Source: Tubulanus polymorphus (Eukaryota; Animalia; Nemertea). From it: a stretch of 64,000 nucleotides of DNA. Position 1 is the stretch's first letter, and every line of letters starts with the position of its first letter. The stretch is from NCBI RefSeq assembly GCF_964204645.1, contig NC_134033.1:3244131-3308130 (forward strand), in the 5' to 3' direction. Under the pieces are notes generated by a model. The model worked only from the letters and a program-made list of their open reading frames with translations. It did no database searches and was not told the DNA's origin. The translations under genes were made by a program, and so were the position numbers. Positions 32,907 through 46,809 of this stretch are shown here, one piece after another.

Positions 32907-33525
32907 TTAAGTACTGCATTAACCTTGGCTGTTTTATCTAAAACGTTTTTCTTATCGCGTTTCGTACCGAAAAAATGTCGCGATAATCGAGGTATTATTT
33001 TAACGCTCAAATAATCGGTTGTTTTGATTCCGACATTCCGATACGAAATTCTGCCACAGAAATTGTGCTTAACACAACGGCTTTACTTTATTATTTTATG
33101 GATGCCGATAATACAGCAGTCCAGTTACCGCTTAAAGAACCGCAGTCCACTATTTAGGAGTGCAGCCACTTAATAGTCCGGCCTTTTAATAGAGATTGCA
33201 ATCTGGTTACTGATAAAACAGTTAGCGCTTGGAAAACTGCAGTTGACTGATTAGCAGTGCGCTTATTTAATTGAGATCGCAGTCTGGTTACTGACTAAAT
33301 TTTAGTCCAGTAACCAAAACCGCAGTTCACATAGACGAGTCTAGTAACTGACTAGACCGCATTCCAATTTAAGTTTTTGACCACAGTCTAGTTATTGACC
33401 AAAAAGCTGCCCGGTTAAAAATTTAAACCTTCAGTCCAGTTACCGTCTTAACCAAACCACAGTCCAGTTTCTGACCAAATCACAGTCCGGTGAGTTACCC
33501 ACTTAAGTTTCTAACCATTCTTTAA

Positions 33526-33813
33526 CCCTTTCAGTGTGTCTACACGGCAGTGCGGTGTAAGAATCAGTGATAGATTTTGCTAGTACACCGCACTGCGGTG
33601 TATTGATTTAATTAGTAATTACTAATTATCTCTCTTGAAAAATGGCAGCATGTGTCAAACATAGTGAAATACTAGTAACTAACGATACACCGCGCCGCGG
33701 TGTAGACACACTATAGTGGTATTCCCGTTATTCAACACACTAGGGTGGAATTTTTCAGAATTTTCAAATTATCTTCAGCACTATAGGGTATTAATTAGCC
33801 AGCACTGAAAGGA
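33526..33813. mobile_element. piggyBac-type MITE copy
   Basis: Left TTAA-CCCTTTCAGTG; right end slightly mutated. Confidence 0.85.
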
Positions 33814-34739
33814 CTAACATACTAAGTAAGTCAGACACATTGTTTATACCTATCCTCCAAATGGAAACTCTAGGTAAATCCTTCTTGCGGCCTAAGAAGC
33901 CAGGCACTAACTAACCTATGAAATAGATAGTTTGTGCCTATGCGTTGGTCAATGCGAATGGCTAGTTAGTCGCGGTGAATGGTTCCGGGGAATCTACCAT
34001 TGTTGAACAGAGTTGATAGTTTGTCTCAGTTCTAGGGCCGGGCGAGTTAATTTAGCTTTTGAGTAGATTGATAGTTTGTCCCCGGTAACCGGACGATGGT
34101 TTCGAGTTGGCGCAGCGGTAATCTAGTTGAATAGATCGTAATTCGCTTCAACTGTAGATGAATAAAAAAGGTCTATGAATAGAATTTTATGCTAAAGATT
34201 TTTTTTTGTTGAAATCTTGTTAACAAATTTGAAATCAGAGAAATTAGAATGATATCAAACAAAAATCATTTTCTCTGATGATGGGGTTCAGGAGGAACCC
34301 CAAAACAGTTCGAAATAAACTTTTCTATATATCTACTATGGGTTTTTTATTTGTTTACTCTAAGAGATCAATATCAGTTCACTGCAGTCATAATAGATAT
34401 TGTTATTGTCTGATATCTTTGTTAAAATCAAAACTACATTGGAAAAAAAAATCGCATTTGAAAGAAAAAAGTTTTGATTTTTCTCGTTTGGTTTTGATGT
34501 ACGCACATACGCTTGTATTATATTCAACAGATCTCAATTAATTCTAAACGAAGCTCGTTAATAGATTGTTTGCGATGTCAAGGTCGCGTACGTCCTGGTG
34601 AAAGTGGTCGGGTGGTGCGTTTATTTGTCAGGTGCCACCGATTGTGATTTATTAATTGCGCCTTTGACGGGATGATTTATTTTTTTGTTTGTTTTTAAGT
34701 TGTGATTAACGATCAATGGCTGCTCTCTGATAAACAAAA

Positions 34740-35300
34740 CTCAGAACCAAGTTCCACAGTTACTGGACTCAGTTCCACAGTTACTGGACTCAATACACAG
34801 TTACTGAACTCAGTTTCACAGTTACTGGACTCAGTTCCACAGTTACTGGACTCAGTTCCACAGTTACTGAACTCACTTCCACGATTACTGGACTCAGAAC
34901 CAAGTTCCACAGTTACTGGACTCAGTTTTACAGTTACTGGACTCAGAACCAAGTTCCACAGTTACTGGACTCAGTTTTACAGTTACTGGACTCAGAACCA
35001 AGTTCCACAGTTACTGGACCCAGTTCCACAGTTATTGGACTCAGTTCCACAGTTACTGAACCAAGATCCACAGTTACTGGACTCAGTTCCACAGTTACTG
35101 GACTCAGTTCCACAGTTACTGGACTCAGTTCCACAGATACTGGATCCACTTGCATAGTTCTGCTCACTTCCACAGTTAATGGACCCGGTTCCACAGTTCT
35201 GTACTCAGTTCACAGTTCTAGACTCAGTTCCACATTTCTGGTCCCAGTTCCACAGGTTACTAGACACGGTTGCACAGTTACTGGACACAGTTCTCTGCCC
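34740..35300. repeat. 21-bp minisatellite array (inverse of 3945-4680)
   Basis: CAGTTCCACAGTTACTGGACT units. Confidence 0.9.
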
Positions 35301-36144
35301 GATTCTACAGTTGTGGACCCAGTTACCGTAGTTCCGAAAGTTTGACCCCAGAATCAATAACTCAGAGATTGCTCTTTATCGATCCCACAGTTGCCAGTTT
35401 ATTATGACTGTTTTTAGGGTCAAATATTTGAAAACAAACCAATTTCAACAGTTTGAGTTATAGTTGATACCCATAGCTGGTGTTACTGACAGTCTAATTA
35501 ATAGTTAATTACTGATTAATTTGAACATTTTCTTTCGTATCTCAATGAAATGTCACTGAAAATTCAATTTGTAACTCAGCAATTTTCAGAGGTGTTGGCA
35601 GCCCTTCACAACACCTTGGAGCTGGGTCATTTGTAACTGGGTCTAATGACTCACATCAGTTAACTATTGTTAACCATGAAAATGTCAAATATGTCCTGCG
35701 GGGTTCGAGCATTAGCCGGTTAACGAAACTAGCCCCTCAGGGGGGCCGATTGTGGGTGTGGTCCGATTAAAGAAACTGCATTAGGAACTGCGCTACTAAC
35801 ACGTAAATGAATCATCGATAATGAGATTATATAAGTCCACCATTTCTTGGCCCGTGAATAGAAACTTCCCTTTATTTGCCTGTCAATCACACAGTGTTGC
35901 GTTTAGCCGGACCAACTGATTTAAGAACGCGCGTGAACATCGATTTAGTCCATTTTAAATCGGCCCCAATTTCCCGGTTTCGACTGATTAAGAACGGACT
36001 AACTTTACTAAAATAGGCCTAGTGTAAATGGTTTGATCGAGATAGTTTGACTCAAATGAAAATGGCAGAAAACATAAAATACTTTTAAACGTGGATGAAA
36101 CTCCTTCGATTTGAGCAAAATTCCTGAAACGGAAACTCCTTTAA

Positions 36145-36444
36145 CACTCTCAGTGCATCTACTCCGCACTACACCGCAGTGCGGTGTATGAATCGGTGAT
36201 GGATTTTGCTAGTACACCGCACTGCGGTGTATTGGTGTAATTAGTATTTAGTGTTTATCTCTATTGAAAGATGGCAGCACCTGTCAAATATAGTGAAATA
36301 CTAGTAATTAACGATACACCGCGCCGCTTTGTAGACGCACTATAGCGGTATTCCTGTTATTCAACACACTAGGGTTGGGAATTTTTCAAAATTTTCAAAT
36401 TATCTCCAGCACTATAGGGTGTTGATTAGTTAGCACTGAAAGGG
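36145..36444. mobile_element. piggyBac-type MITE copy
   Basis: TTAA on both sides, conserved interior. Confidence 0.85.
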
Positions 36445-36897
36445 TTAAAACTCTTTCAATTTTCAGAAATTATTAGAAATTTTTAGTGTAATCGCCATTG
36501 GTTACTTCATATTTTGAATGAGGACAAAAATTCAAACCTAACTGATTTAAGTTTAAACTTTCTCATGAAACCGGACCCAGGATTTGTTGTTCACCCAATT
36601 AGATGGTTACCGAATTTGAAACTGAGTGTTGAAATTTTCTCACAAAACTTTTGAATAAATGGTTTACCAAGATAAACAATACCGATTTAGGAGGAGTCTG
36701 CAGTAATTGGGATACGAAAGTGGCGCAGACGCTTCCTCGGAATCTCAAATTTTCTCCTATGAAAACTCCTTATATCCACGAATGACTGATCTGTATCGGT
36801 ACTGATTTTTCGTTCTTCTTCATAATTCTCGGTTTTTTCTTTAAAATCTACAGGGTATATTACAACTGTCGTTATTTTCTCGATTTGGGACTCTTAA

Positions 36898-37312
36898 CCC
36901 TCCGAGTGCTCACTAATCAATACCCTAAAGTGCTGGAGATAGTTTGAAAATTTTAAAAAATTCCGCCCCACTGGTGACGGGTATACTTCTGTAGTGCGTC
37001 TACACCACAGTGCGGTGTATCTTTATTACTAATATTTCACTGTTTGACAGGTGCTGCCATCTTTCAATAGAGATAAAACCAATCACAAATAATATCGACA
37101 TATACATTGCAATGCGATGTACTAGCAAAGTCAACACCGATTCATACATCGCACTAAAGGTTTAAAAATGAATATATAAACAGCTAGGCGATGTACTAGC
37201 TAAATCCATCACTGATTCTTACATCGCACTGAAAGGATTTAACATTAATATATGCACAACGATGCAATGTATTAGCAAAGTGCGCAGTTATTCATACGCC
37301 GCACTGAAAGGG
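36898..37312. mobile_element. Diverged piggyBac-type MITE with triplicated right end
   Basis: GCACT(G)AAAGG..TTAA-like termini at ~37161, ~37236 and 37312. Confidence 0.7.
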
Positions 37313-37964
37313 TTAACGCTCTTAAACGTTTTTAATTGGCACAAACTGGTAAAGAAGATGGAAACGCGCGCGACGCGCACCTTCGGGGGGTTGTTTCGCG
37401 TTTCAACGACGTTCTTGCGAAACGGCCTCGAGCCGTTCGTCGCGTGATTAGCGGGTAAAAGAAAAAAATCATTCGAATTCGACGTCGCGCCTCGCGGCGA
37501 GTTTTATCGATTCAACGAATCACGTCGCCTCGGAGGGTTGCGTACGCGCACGTGCGATCGCCGGGGTTGGGTGTTAGCCGTCGTACGCGGCGGCGCCGGA
37601 ACGCGCGTCGTCGATTGAAGTACGATACGAGCCCTGAAAACACGTAACCGGAATCGATTTCGGTCCTCGGCGTGTAATTATTCATCGATCGCGAGCGAGC
37701 GTTGTTTGAATTTTTTTTCGCGCCATCCTCTTCGAATATCCTTTCGAAACGCGAGCCTTCAGGACGCGGCGTCGGAATCTCTCTTGCGTTCCGAGATCGA
37801 CTGGCATCTTGTCAATGAAACGAGGAACCTCGATTTCGGTCGGTGGAAAATCCTGGTAGCAGAACGCTCCTTACTGCAGCATATACCCGCTACACTTGCC
37901 TCAGATTTCTTGTTCTGGGTTAGACTTTACTTTCTTTTTCTGACTTGAGCTTGAGAGTGATTTG

Positions 37965-38600
37965 AACAGACACACGGGTTCTTTGTGAACCCCTCACAGC
38001 TCTGGTGAGTGCGAGAGACTAGAAAAAATACATGGGTTCTTAGTGAACCCCTCAGAGCTCTGGTGAGTGCGAGAGACTAGAAAAAATACATGGGTTCTTG
38101 GTGAACCCCTCACAGCTCTGGTTAGTGCGAGAGACAAGAAAAAATACATGGGTTCTTGGTGAACCTCTCACAGCTCTGGTATGTGCGAGAGACTAGAAAC
38201 GATACTTGGGTTATTGGTGAACCCCTCACAGCTCTGGTGAGTGCGAGAGACTAGAAAAGATACATGGGTTCTTGGTGAACCCCTCACAGCTGTGATGGAA
38301 GTGACAAGAACCCATTGGTCTCGATAAAAGACTCATGGTTATGGGTATGTTTGTTGTATTACAACAGACATGAGTTCTTGGTGAACCCCTCACAGCTGTG
38401 ATGAAAGTTGAGTGGTTAGAACAGACACACGGGTTCTTGATGAACTCCCCTCACAGCTCTGGTGAGTGCGAGAGACTAGAAACGATACGGGGGCTCTTGG
38501 TGAACCCCTCACAGCTGTGGTGGTAGTGAGAGACTAGAACAGATACTTTGGTTCTTGTTGAACTCCCCTCACAGCTGTGGTGGGACAAGAACCCTCGTGT
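37965..38600. repeat. 58-bp tandem repeat
   Basis: GGGTTCTTGGTGAACCCCTCACAGCTCTGGTGAGTGCGAGAGACTAGAAA units. Confidence 0.9.
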
Positions 38601-38939
38601 CCCTCTCAGCTGTGGTGAGGGTGTACGCGGTATTCCGCTAGCGTCCTTAGTGAACCCGCCAGACGGAATGAGGCGTCCGGTGACTGGTTCGTATCAAAGC
38701 ATCGCGTGTGGTGGCGCTAGCGTCTAGTAACCCGATGCGGCGATGGTTTTTGATTATAGTTGCCGCGCCCGCAGGCTATGTTCATCTGAGACCTTTCAAA
38801 CACACTATATATAGCTATCGCAACCGCTACGGGCGACATGCATAATAAACATTGTAGAGTGTTCTGATGCCACCATCATCGTCACCACCGTGGCTCGCTT
38901 TGAATATTTCACTTAGAAACATTTCTATTCTGACTTCCT

Positions 38940-39570
38940 CACTCTCTTTCCTCTCTCTCCTCCCTCTCCACATCCATCCCTCTCTCTCCTCTCCCTCTCT
39001 CCCTCTTTCCCCTAATTCCCTCTCTCCATTATCTCTTTCTCCCTCTCTCCTCCCTCCCTCCTCTCTTCTCTGTCTCTCCTCTCCCTACCCCTCTCTCACT
39101 CCCTCTCCCCCTCTCCCCATTTTTCCCTCTTTTCCCCATTACCTCCCTATGTCTCCTCTCTCCCTCCCCCTCCCCTCTCCCTCTCTCCCTCACCCCATTC
39201 CGTCTCTCCTCCCTCTTCTCTCTCCTCTCCTCACCCCCTCCCTCCTCCCTCTCCCCATTCCCTCTCTCCCTCCCTCTCCCCTCTCTCCCTCTTCTCTCCT
39301 CTCTCCCTCCCTCCTCCCCCTCTCTCCCTCCCTCCTCCCTCTCTTCTCTCTCCTCTCCTCACCCCCTCCCTCCTCCCTCTCTCCCCATTCCCTCTCTCCC
39401 TCCCTCTCCCCTCTCTCCCTCTTCTCTCCTCTCTCCCTCTTCTCTCCTCTCTCCCTCCTCCCCCTCCCTCCCTCCTCCCTCTCTTCTCTCTCTCCTCACC
39501 CCCTCCCTCCTCCCTCTCTCCCCATTCCCTCTCTCCCTCCCTCCCTCTCTTCTCTCCCTCTTCTCCCTCT
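38940..39570. repeat. CT-rich low-complexity tract
   Basis: Polypyrimidine run; the ORFs are artefacts. Confidence 0.9.
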
Positions 39571-40304
39571 CCCGGTTCATCATCTTTAAAAGTTTTGTCA
39601 TTTCTTGCTCGTGGCGCAAAACGAAATCAAGCGCTAATTATTTTCCCTGCAACGTTTTGACTTTTCATTCGGTGTTACGTGATATCCCTCAGTTTTAAAA
39701 GTCTTCAGGGGCAAAGTTTGAAATGTCGACCCTTGTAGAACTGGGTTAAGATGTTTGATTTTCTACTGCAGAGTTAAACGTTGGTCCTTGGTCAGACGCT
39801 TAGCTTTGGCAGTGAAAGTTTGGAAATGAACTAAATTCTGACTTTTGACTGGATCCGAGTCAAATGCTGACCTTGTGACTGTGGAACTGGGTCAAATATT
39901 GACGATTTGGCTAGGTCGAACGTATGAACTATGACGAACTAGGTCAACTGACTGCCTAATTAGGTCAACTTATCACCTTAGACCGTTGAATTTGGTCAAA
40001 TCCGAAATGTTGACCTTTGTCTGTTGTGCTGGTCGACCCATTGCTGTTGAACTGGGTGAAATATTGACCTTCTGGCTGTTGAACTGGGTGAAATGTTGAC
40101 CTATGACTGTTAAACCGGTTTCAGGATCCCAGTACTAACCGAGTTATAGGTATTTCAATGAATTACCGCTGCTATGATATTCTTTATCGCTGTGCTATTT
40201 GTCGGTCTATTGTATTTGTATGGATTATGTACAGATGTCATTACAATGTCGTTCCAACATTTATTATCGACAATAATGAATGGAAAGTTAAAGAACAGCT
40301 GGTT

Positions 40305-41535
40305 TATCACTCTCCGTTCACCGGTGACGCAAAATATTCACTCTCCGTTCACCGGTGACGCAAAATATTCACTCTCCGTTCACCGGTGACGCAAAATATT
40401 CACTCTCCGTTCACCGGTGACGCAAAATATTCACTCTCCGTTCACCGGTGACACAAAATATTCACTCTCCGTTCACCGGTGACGCAAATATTCATTCTCC
40501 ATTCACCGGTGACGCAAAATATTCACTCTCAGTTCACCGGGGACGCAAAATATTCACTCTCCGTTCACCGGTGACGCAAAATATTCACTCTCAGTTCACC
40601 GGTGACGCAAAATATTCACTCTCCGTTCACCGGTGACGCAAAATATTCACTCTCCGTTCACCGGTGACGCAAAATATTCATTCTCCGTTCACCGGTGACG
40701 CAAAATATTCACTCTCCGTTCACCGGTGACGCAAAATATTCATTCTCCGTTCACTGTAGACCCCGATATTCACTCTCCTTTCACTGTGGACCCCGATATT
40801 CACTCTCCTTTCACTGTGGACCCCGATATTCACTCTCCACTCACTGTGGACCCCGATATTCGCTCTCCACTCACTGTGGACCCCGATATTCGCTCTCCTT
40901 TCACTGTGGACCCCGATATTCGCTCTCCTTTCACTGTGGACCCCGATATTCGCTCTCCTTTCACTGTGGACCCCGATATTCGCTCTCCTTTCACTGTGGA
41001 CCCCGATATTCGCTCCCCTTTCACTGTGGACCCCGATATTCGCTCTCCTTTCACTGTGGACCCTGATATTCGCTCTCCTTTCACTGTGGACCCCGATATT
41101 CGCTCCCCTTTCTTTGTGGACCCCGATATTCGCTCTCCTTTCACTGTGGACCCCGATATTCGCTCTCCTTTCACTGTGGACCCCGATATTCGCTCTCCTT
41201 TCACTGTGGACCCCGATATTCGCTCTCCTTTCACCGTGGACCCCGATATTCGCTCTCCTTTCACTGTGGACCCCGATATTCGCTCTCCTTTCACCGTGGA
41301 CCCCGATATTCGCTCTCCTTTCACTGTGGACCCCGATATTCGCTCTCCTTTCACTGTGGACCCCGATATTCGCTCCCCTTTCACTGTGGACCCCGATATT
41401 CACTCTCCTTTCACTGTGGACCCCGATATTCGTTCTCCTTTCACCGTGGACCCCGATATTCGCTCTCCTTTCACCGTGGACCCCGATATTCGCTCTCCTT
41501 TCACTGTGGACCCCGATATTCGCTCTCCTTTCACT
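40305..41535. repeat. Compound minisatellite: 31-bp unit (40305-40750) then 30-bp unit (40750-41535)
   Basis: TTCACTCTCCGTTCACCGGTGACGCAAAATA followed by TTCGCTCTCCTTTCACTGTGGACCCCGATA. Confidence 0.95.
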
Positions 41536-41649
41536 CGACGATATTTTTAACGACCGTTTCAGACACTCCCTAATAAATTCAGCCTTCAGCCCCGTTCGTT
41601 CGTTTGCTGTTTATCATAGATGTGAGAATAAATATCAACTTCATCTACA

Positions 41650-41695
<46 letters not shown>

Positions 41696-42019
41696 TGCTG
41701 GCGGCAACGCAACCAAACCAACAACTATCTCTCTGATCTTTAACATGAAAGTCACGAATCATCATCAACCCCCCTCCTCTACCCTCTCCTTTCTCTTCAT
41801 ACCTGAAGCGATATTTTTATTTTTAATGAATGTCGCGTGTTAAGCTCCGCCTCAAACCTGTCGATCTGAACAGATCGATAACGTTATCAATGATGATTAT
41901 ATTATAATTGGGGTCGAATGAACTGAATTTTTGAATCTATCGCGTCATCGGTTTTTAGAATATCGTGATTGTTCTCGTGGTAGGGGCCAGTGGACTGCAA
42001 CTAGACCTTTATGGTAGTC

Positions 42020-42303
42020 GTGCAGTCAGTCGGCCAGTGAGTCAATCAGTCATTCATTCAAACCAGTCAATCAGTCAGTCATTTAGTCAGTCATTTAGTC
42101 AGTCACTCAAGTCAGTCAGTCAGTCAGTCAGTCATTCAAGCTTCATTCATTCAAGTCATTCATTCAAGTCATTCAAGTCATTCAAGTCAATCAGTCGATC
42201 AGTCAGTCAGTCAGTCAGTCAGTCAGTCAGTCAGTCAGTCAGTCAGTCAGTCAGTCAGTCAGTCAGTCAGTCAGCCAGCCAGCCAGCCAGCCAGTCAGCC
42301 AGC
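42020..42303. repeat. (CAGT)n/(CATT)n microsatellite; (CAG)n nearby at ~41648-41694
   Basis: Direct inspection. Confidence 0.9.
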
Positions 42304-43168
42304 TAGCCTTTCTCATATACTGGTCACTCACCAATCCAGGGTTCACGTGTTTGAATCCCAGCTGGTGAAAGCAAAGTTTCTTAATAGAAGAATCTTCCCT
42401 CCTGGTCTCTTGCCCTTTAAGCAGGAAAAAAAATTTTCGCACCTGCTGATAATGACCGGAGTGGCGCCCAATGGGTCGAGGGGTATGAAGATGTCTGTAT
42501 GATATTAAACCACAAACTTTCCTAATGATGCGCCGAGTGCGACATAACGGATCGAGGGTAAAATGATACATCGAATCTGCTTACGATGACCGGAGTGGCG
42601 CTCAGTGGCTGGCAAAATCCTCAAAGCGTCTTATGATACCTCGAGTGGGGTTTATATCAGTTGGACTCAGTGGATTGAGGGAAAAAAGCAACTTTGCGAA
42701 TAATGACCTCAGTTGCGCTCCGCGGTGCGAGGAATGCTTTGGAAATTCGTTCGAAAATGGGTTTATTTTTTCCTGGCCCTGGTTGAGCGATGGAGATTTT
42801 GTTTCGTTTTTCTCTATGGTTATGGGGAAGAGGTATCGAAAATCAGAAAATGGTGTCGAAATAAAATTTTCCTTCTATTTTGAATTTGAGGCTACGTGCC
42901 TAAACATCTTACTACGCATTTGATAACAAACTTGATGAAAACACTTTGTCGATGGTATTGATAATTGGCAATTATTCACTTGGAATCGGCCTACATTGCC
43001 TGTTCTAGGTTGGAAATGTGTAACTCAGGGTCCAGTTCCACAGTTCTGAGTTAAGATTTGACTTTGATTTTTGGGTTAAAACATTGAAAATGAACTAACT
43101 TTAACTCAGAGTTAACTCTAACTCACAACTGTGGAACTGGGTCAAGGGGTATGGAAAATTTATAATCA

Positions 43169-43421
43169 GGCTATCCCAAAATAATTGTCTGTTTGCCGTA
43201 ATACCGACTCACAAGTTTTTTTAAGATGAGTCGGTAGGTAGGTTGAAAGATATTTTTGCAAAATTTTAGGGCAAAAAACAAATTAATCACCTTTTTTATA
43301 TGGAAACATTATCAGAAATAAGATTTATTTCAATGAATCCCACAAAAAAAGGTTTTCACTCGGTACCTTTTAGGTCGGGTCGGTCGAGTTACGGCAAACA
43401 GACCATCATTTTGGGACGGCC
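43169..43421. mobile_element. Harbinger-type MITE
   Basis: ~33-bp TIRs (GGCTATCCCAAAATAATTGTCTGTTTGCCGTAA vs GGCCGTCCCAAAATGATGGTCTGTTTGCCGTAA) with 3-bp TSD TCA. Confidence 0.75.
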
Positions 43422-44621
43422 TCATGTAAAAGTAATGAAAATTAGGAAACACACGTAAGAACCCTCATTACGAAAGAAATGTTATTTTTTCGTTAACGAT
43501 AATTCGATATTTTTCTCGAGATCATTTTTGATAATTTTTCGCGCGGCCGCACGAAATAGATTAACGAATAAACGCTAATAACGCGACAATCTGGATTAAT
43601 AGACGACGCGGCGCGGTGCGATTTCGAGCGGATAGTACCGGTTATTTACTATACAAATCTAACGAAATATACGTTTATTTTCATCGACCGTTTCCGCGAA
43701 AAAGTCCGATTACGCGTATTAGCGTTAACGGTTATAGAAATCGGCAGACGTAAGCGTTTTTTTTTTTGCGCGCGCCGGGAGATCGGACCGAGCCGATGCG
43801 CCGTTTGAATGTAAACGCTGTCAGCTGTCTGCGACGAACGAAGACGCTCCCGGTTGAAGCAGACGCCGTGTAATGTCGTCTGCTCCCGCGAGCAGCGTTT
43901 CGACTCATTATCTCTCGCGATGAAAAACCCTCGAGGGCTCGACTTTTCCTCCTGCTTCGCTCCGCGTTGTTTTTATCTAACTAAAGTTCGGTTGTTTTTA
44001 TTGATTCGCGTTCGCCTGCGCCTTGCGAAATGATGAGTGATCAAAATTGTCGTTTCATCTTTGTGTCGAAACTTTGTCGAAGTCATCGAATTTTTAAAAC
44101 GCCTCAAAAGGTTCGCGATTTAATGATTTGTTTTGTTTGCTATTATTAGACTTGGAGTTCGAAAGTTGTTCATTTAGTTGGACCTGAACCAGTTCCACAG
44201 TTGCGTGGGTTTTATTTGACTCTGAACCCAGTTCCACGGTTGTGTTGGTTTAATTCAACTCTGAACTCAGTTCCACAGTTGTGTGGGTTTAATTTGACTC
44301 TGATTCCAGTTCCACAGTTGTATTGGTTTAATTTGACTTTGAATCCAGTTCCACAGTTGTGTGGATTCAATTTGACTCTAGATCCAGTTCCACAGTTGTG
44401 AAGGTTTAATTTAACTCTGAACCCAGTTTCACAGTTGTGTAGGCTTTATTTAACTCTGAACCCAGCTACACAGTTGCGCCGTTTTAATTCGACTTAAAAA
44501 TCTGGGCCCCCGGTTTTCCGGAGCCAGAACGAGTGGTATTTTCGATATTCCGATAATTTCACATATCATCGCAAAAAAAAGAACATACAAAGGAGCATAT
44601 AAAACATATCTATCACTCATG

Positions 44622-44689
<68 letters not shown>

Positions 44690-45973
44690 CGTGTGTATAT
44701 AGGGTTTATAGATATTTAGCGTTAGCGGCGTTCGTTGCTTTCATCTACAGGAATTCGAAACGCACGCGACTGCCGGCGATATTTCATCAAATACCCGTCG
44801 TCGTTTCTAGTTCGTTTCGCCGAGCCGAGCTCGCGCGCGCGAGGTTTTCGCGTTTTTTTATACGAAAACGCGCATCGATTTTTACCGACGGTGATTATAA
44901 CGACGACGACGACAGCGCGAGCTCGGTTTTACCCGCGGCTGCCGAGCTGAGCCGCGCCGAGCGCGAGATCGATCGAAATAATATCTATATCTATCCGTGT
45001 ATATCTAGCGCGTTTGTTTGAATGCCTATAGCGAAAACGGCGTTCGATTCCTCGTCGCACCGCGCGCGTGCGAGCTCGATTCATTGTGTCGATTCGTCGC
45101 GTTTTGATTTCACTCGAGTGCGCGTACGTCGATTCGCACGGTTGCTGATTCTGTATGTAAGGCGCCGATTCGTTTGCGATTCTCGTTGTTGTTATTATTC
45201 ATCCTCGGTGATTCTTTTCGCCATTGTCGGACGATGATTACGCGGTATTGTTGTTCTGTTTCCGGCTGGATTTAAGCGGTTGCCGGGGTGATTTTAATTA
45301 GTCCGTCGTAGCCTCGTTAATCCCGTTTTAATTGCAGGTCAGACGATGGCGATGAGGATTTGTCGCGTAAGGAATTTAGGTATTTCGTAATCGTTTTGAT
45401 TTAGGTATCTAACAAACAGGTTTCGGTTTTGTTGTCAGTATGGTTTTAGTTGATTTTCAGGTATTTTAGAAACTAGAGTGAGATGTTAGTTAAAACCCAT
45501 TTTGACTTTAATTTGACTCTGAAATCAGTTCCACAATTGAATGGGTTTACCCTGGAACTGGGTCCCCACTCCAATTTGTCACAGAATCTGTTTCCACAGT
45601 TGTGTGGGTTTAATTTGTCGCTGACCCCAGTTCCTCAGTTGTGTGGGTTTAATTTGACTGTGAAACCAGTTCCACAGTTGTGTGGGTCTAATTTGACTGT
45701 ACCCAGTTCAACAGTTGTGTGGGTTTTTTATGTGATTCTGGATCCAGTTCCACAGTTGTGTGGGTTTAAATTGACTCTTCATATAGTTCCACAGTTGTAT
45801 GGGTATAATTTGACTAAACCCAGTTCCACAGTTATGTGGGTTTAATTTGACTCTTCATAGTTCCACAGTTGTGTTGGTTTGATTTTATTCTGAACCCAGT
45901 TCCACACAGAAGAAACCTGAACATAGATATGGTTAGAGGTTAGATTCATTACATTGGCAACGTTAAGAGTTTA

Positions 45974-46256
45974 CCCTTTCAGTGCTGACTAGTAAATACC
46001 CTAAAGTGCTAGAGATAATTTGAAAATTTTAAAAAATTCCACCCTAGTGTGTTGAATAACAGGAATACCACTTGTGCGTCTACACCGTGGTGCGGTGTAT
46101 CGTTAGTTACTAGTATTTCACTATGTCTGACAAGTGTGCAATTTTTCAAGAGACAACTATTAATTACTAATTACATCAATACACTGCAGTGCGGTGTACT
46201 AGCAAAATCCATCACTGATTTATACACCCCAATGCGGTGTAGACGCACTGAAAGGG
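45974..46256. mobile_element. piggyBac-type MITE copy
   Basis: TIRs and right-hand TTAA. A further partial copy lies at ~52555-52717. Confidence 0.85.
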
Positions 46257-46809
46257 TTAAACAATAATTGATATTTCGCGGTATACAGTTGTACGGGTTT
46301 AATTCGAGCCTAGCTCCGCGGCGTTTAGGATTCCAAACGCGCGAACCCTGGATCGCGCGTACAAAACAACTATAGCACGATTTTTTTTATAAACGACTTT
46401 TTTAAATGTCCTAATTAACGACTCCAACACGGGATACCTCGCCAAAAATGCGCGAGAGCGTTGCGTTGCGTTTCGCGATTTGAATTTTCGCGTAATCGTA
46501 TCCGACCGACCCCGGGGAAAGGAGATATAGGTTTAAACTAGCACGTTCGGTCGGGTGTCGCGTAAGCGCGTGTACGCAGTTAAAAGGACAAGTATCAAAT
46601 TGTTAGCATCTAAAATCTATACTCACGCAGTAGGTCGCATTTATTTTTCGAATGGTCCTTATTTTTTTTTAGATATCGGATATTGCGCATTTTTGGTCGG
46701 TCGGTTTTTTTACTGTTCGAATGGCGTTCGATAGTTAATGAGAGTTTAATATCAAGAGTGAAATTGAAACCGCGGAGCGCACAGCTGCGCGACCTAGATC
46801 CGGAGTCGA

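Noticed and set aside
40305-41535. CRISPR-like regular array
   Set aside because: No unique spacers, eukaryotic context and no cas genes.
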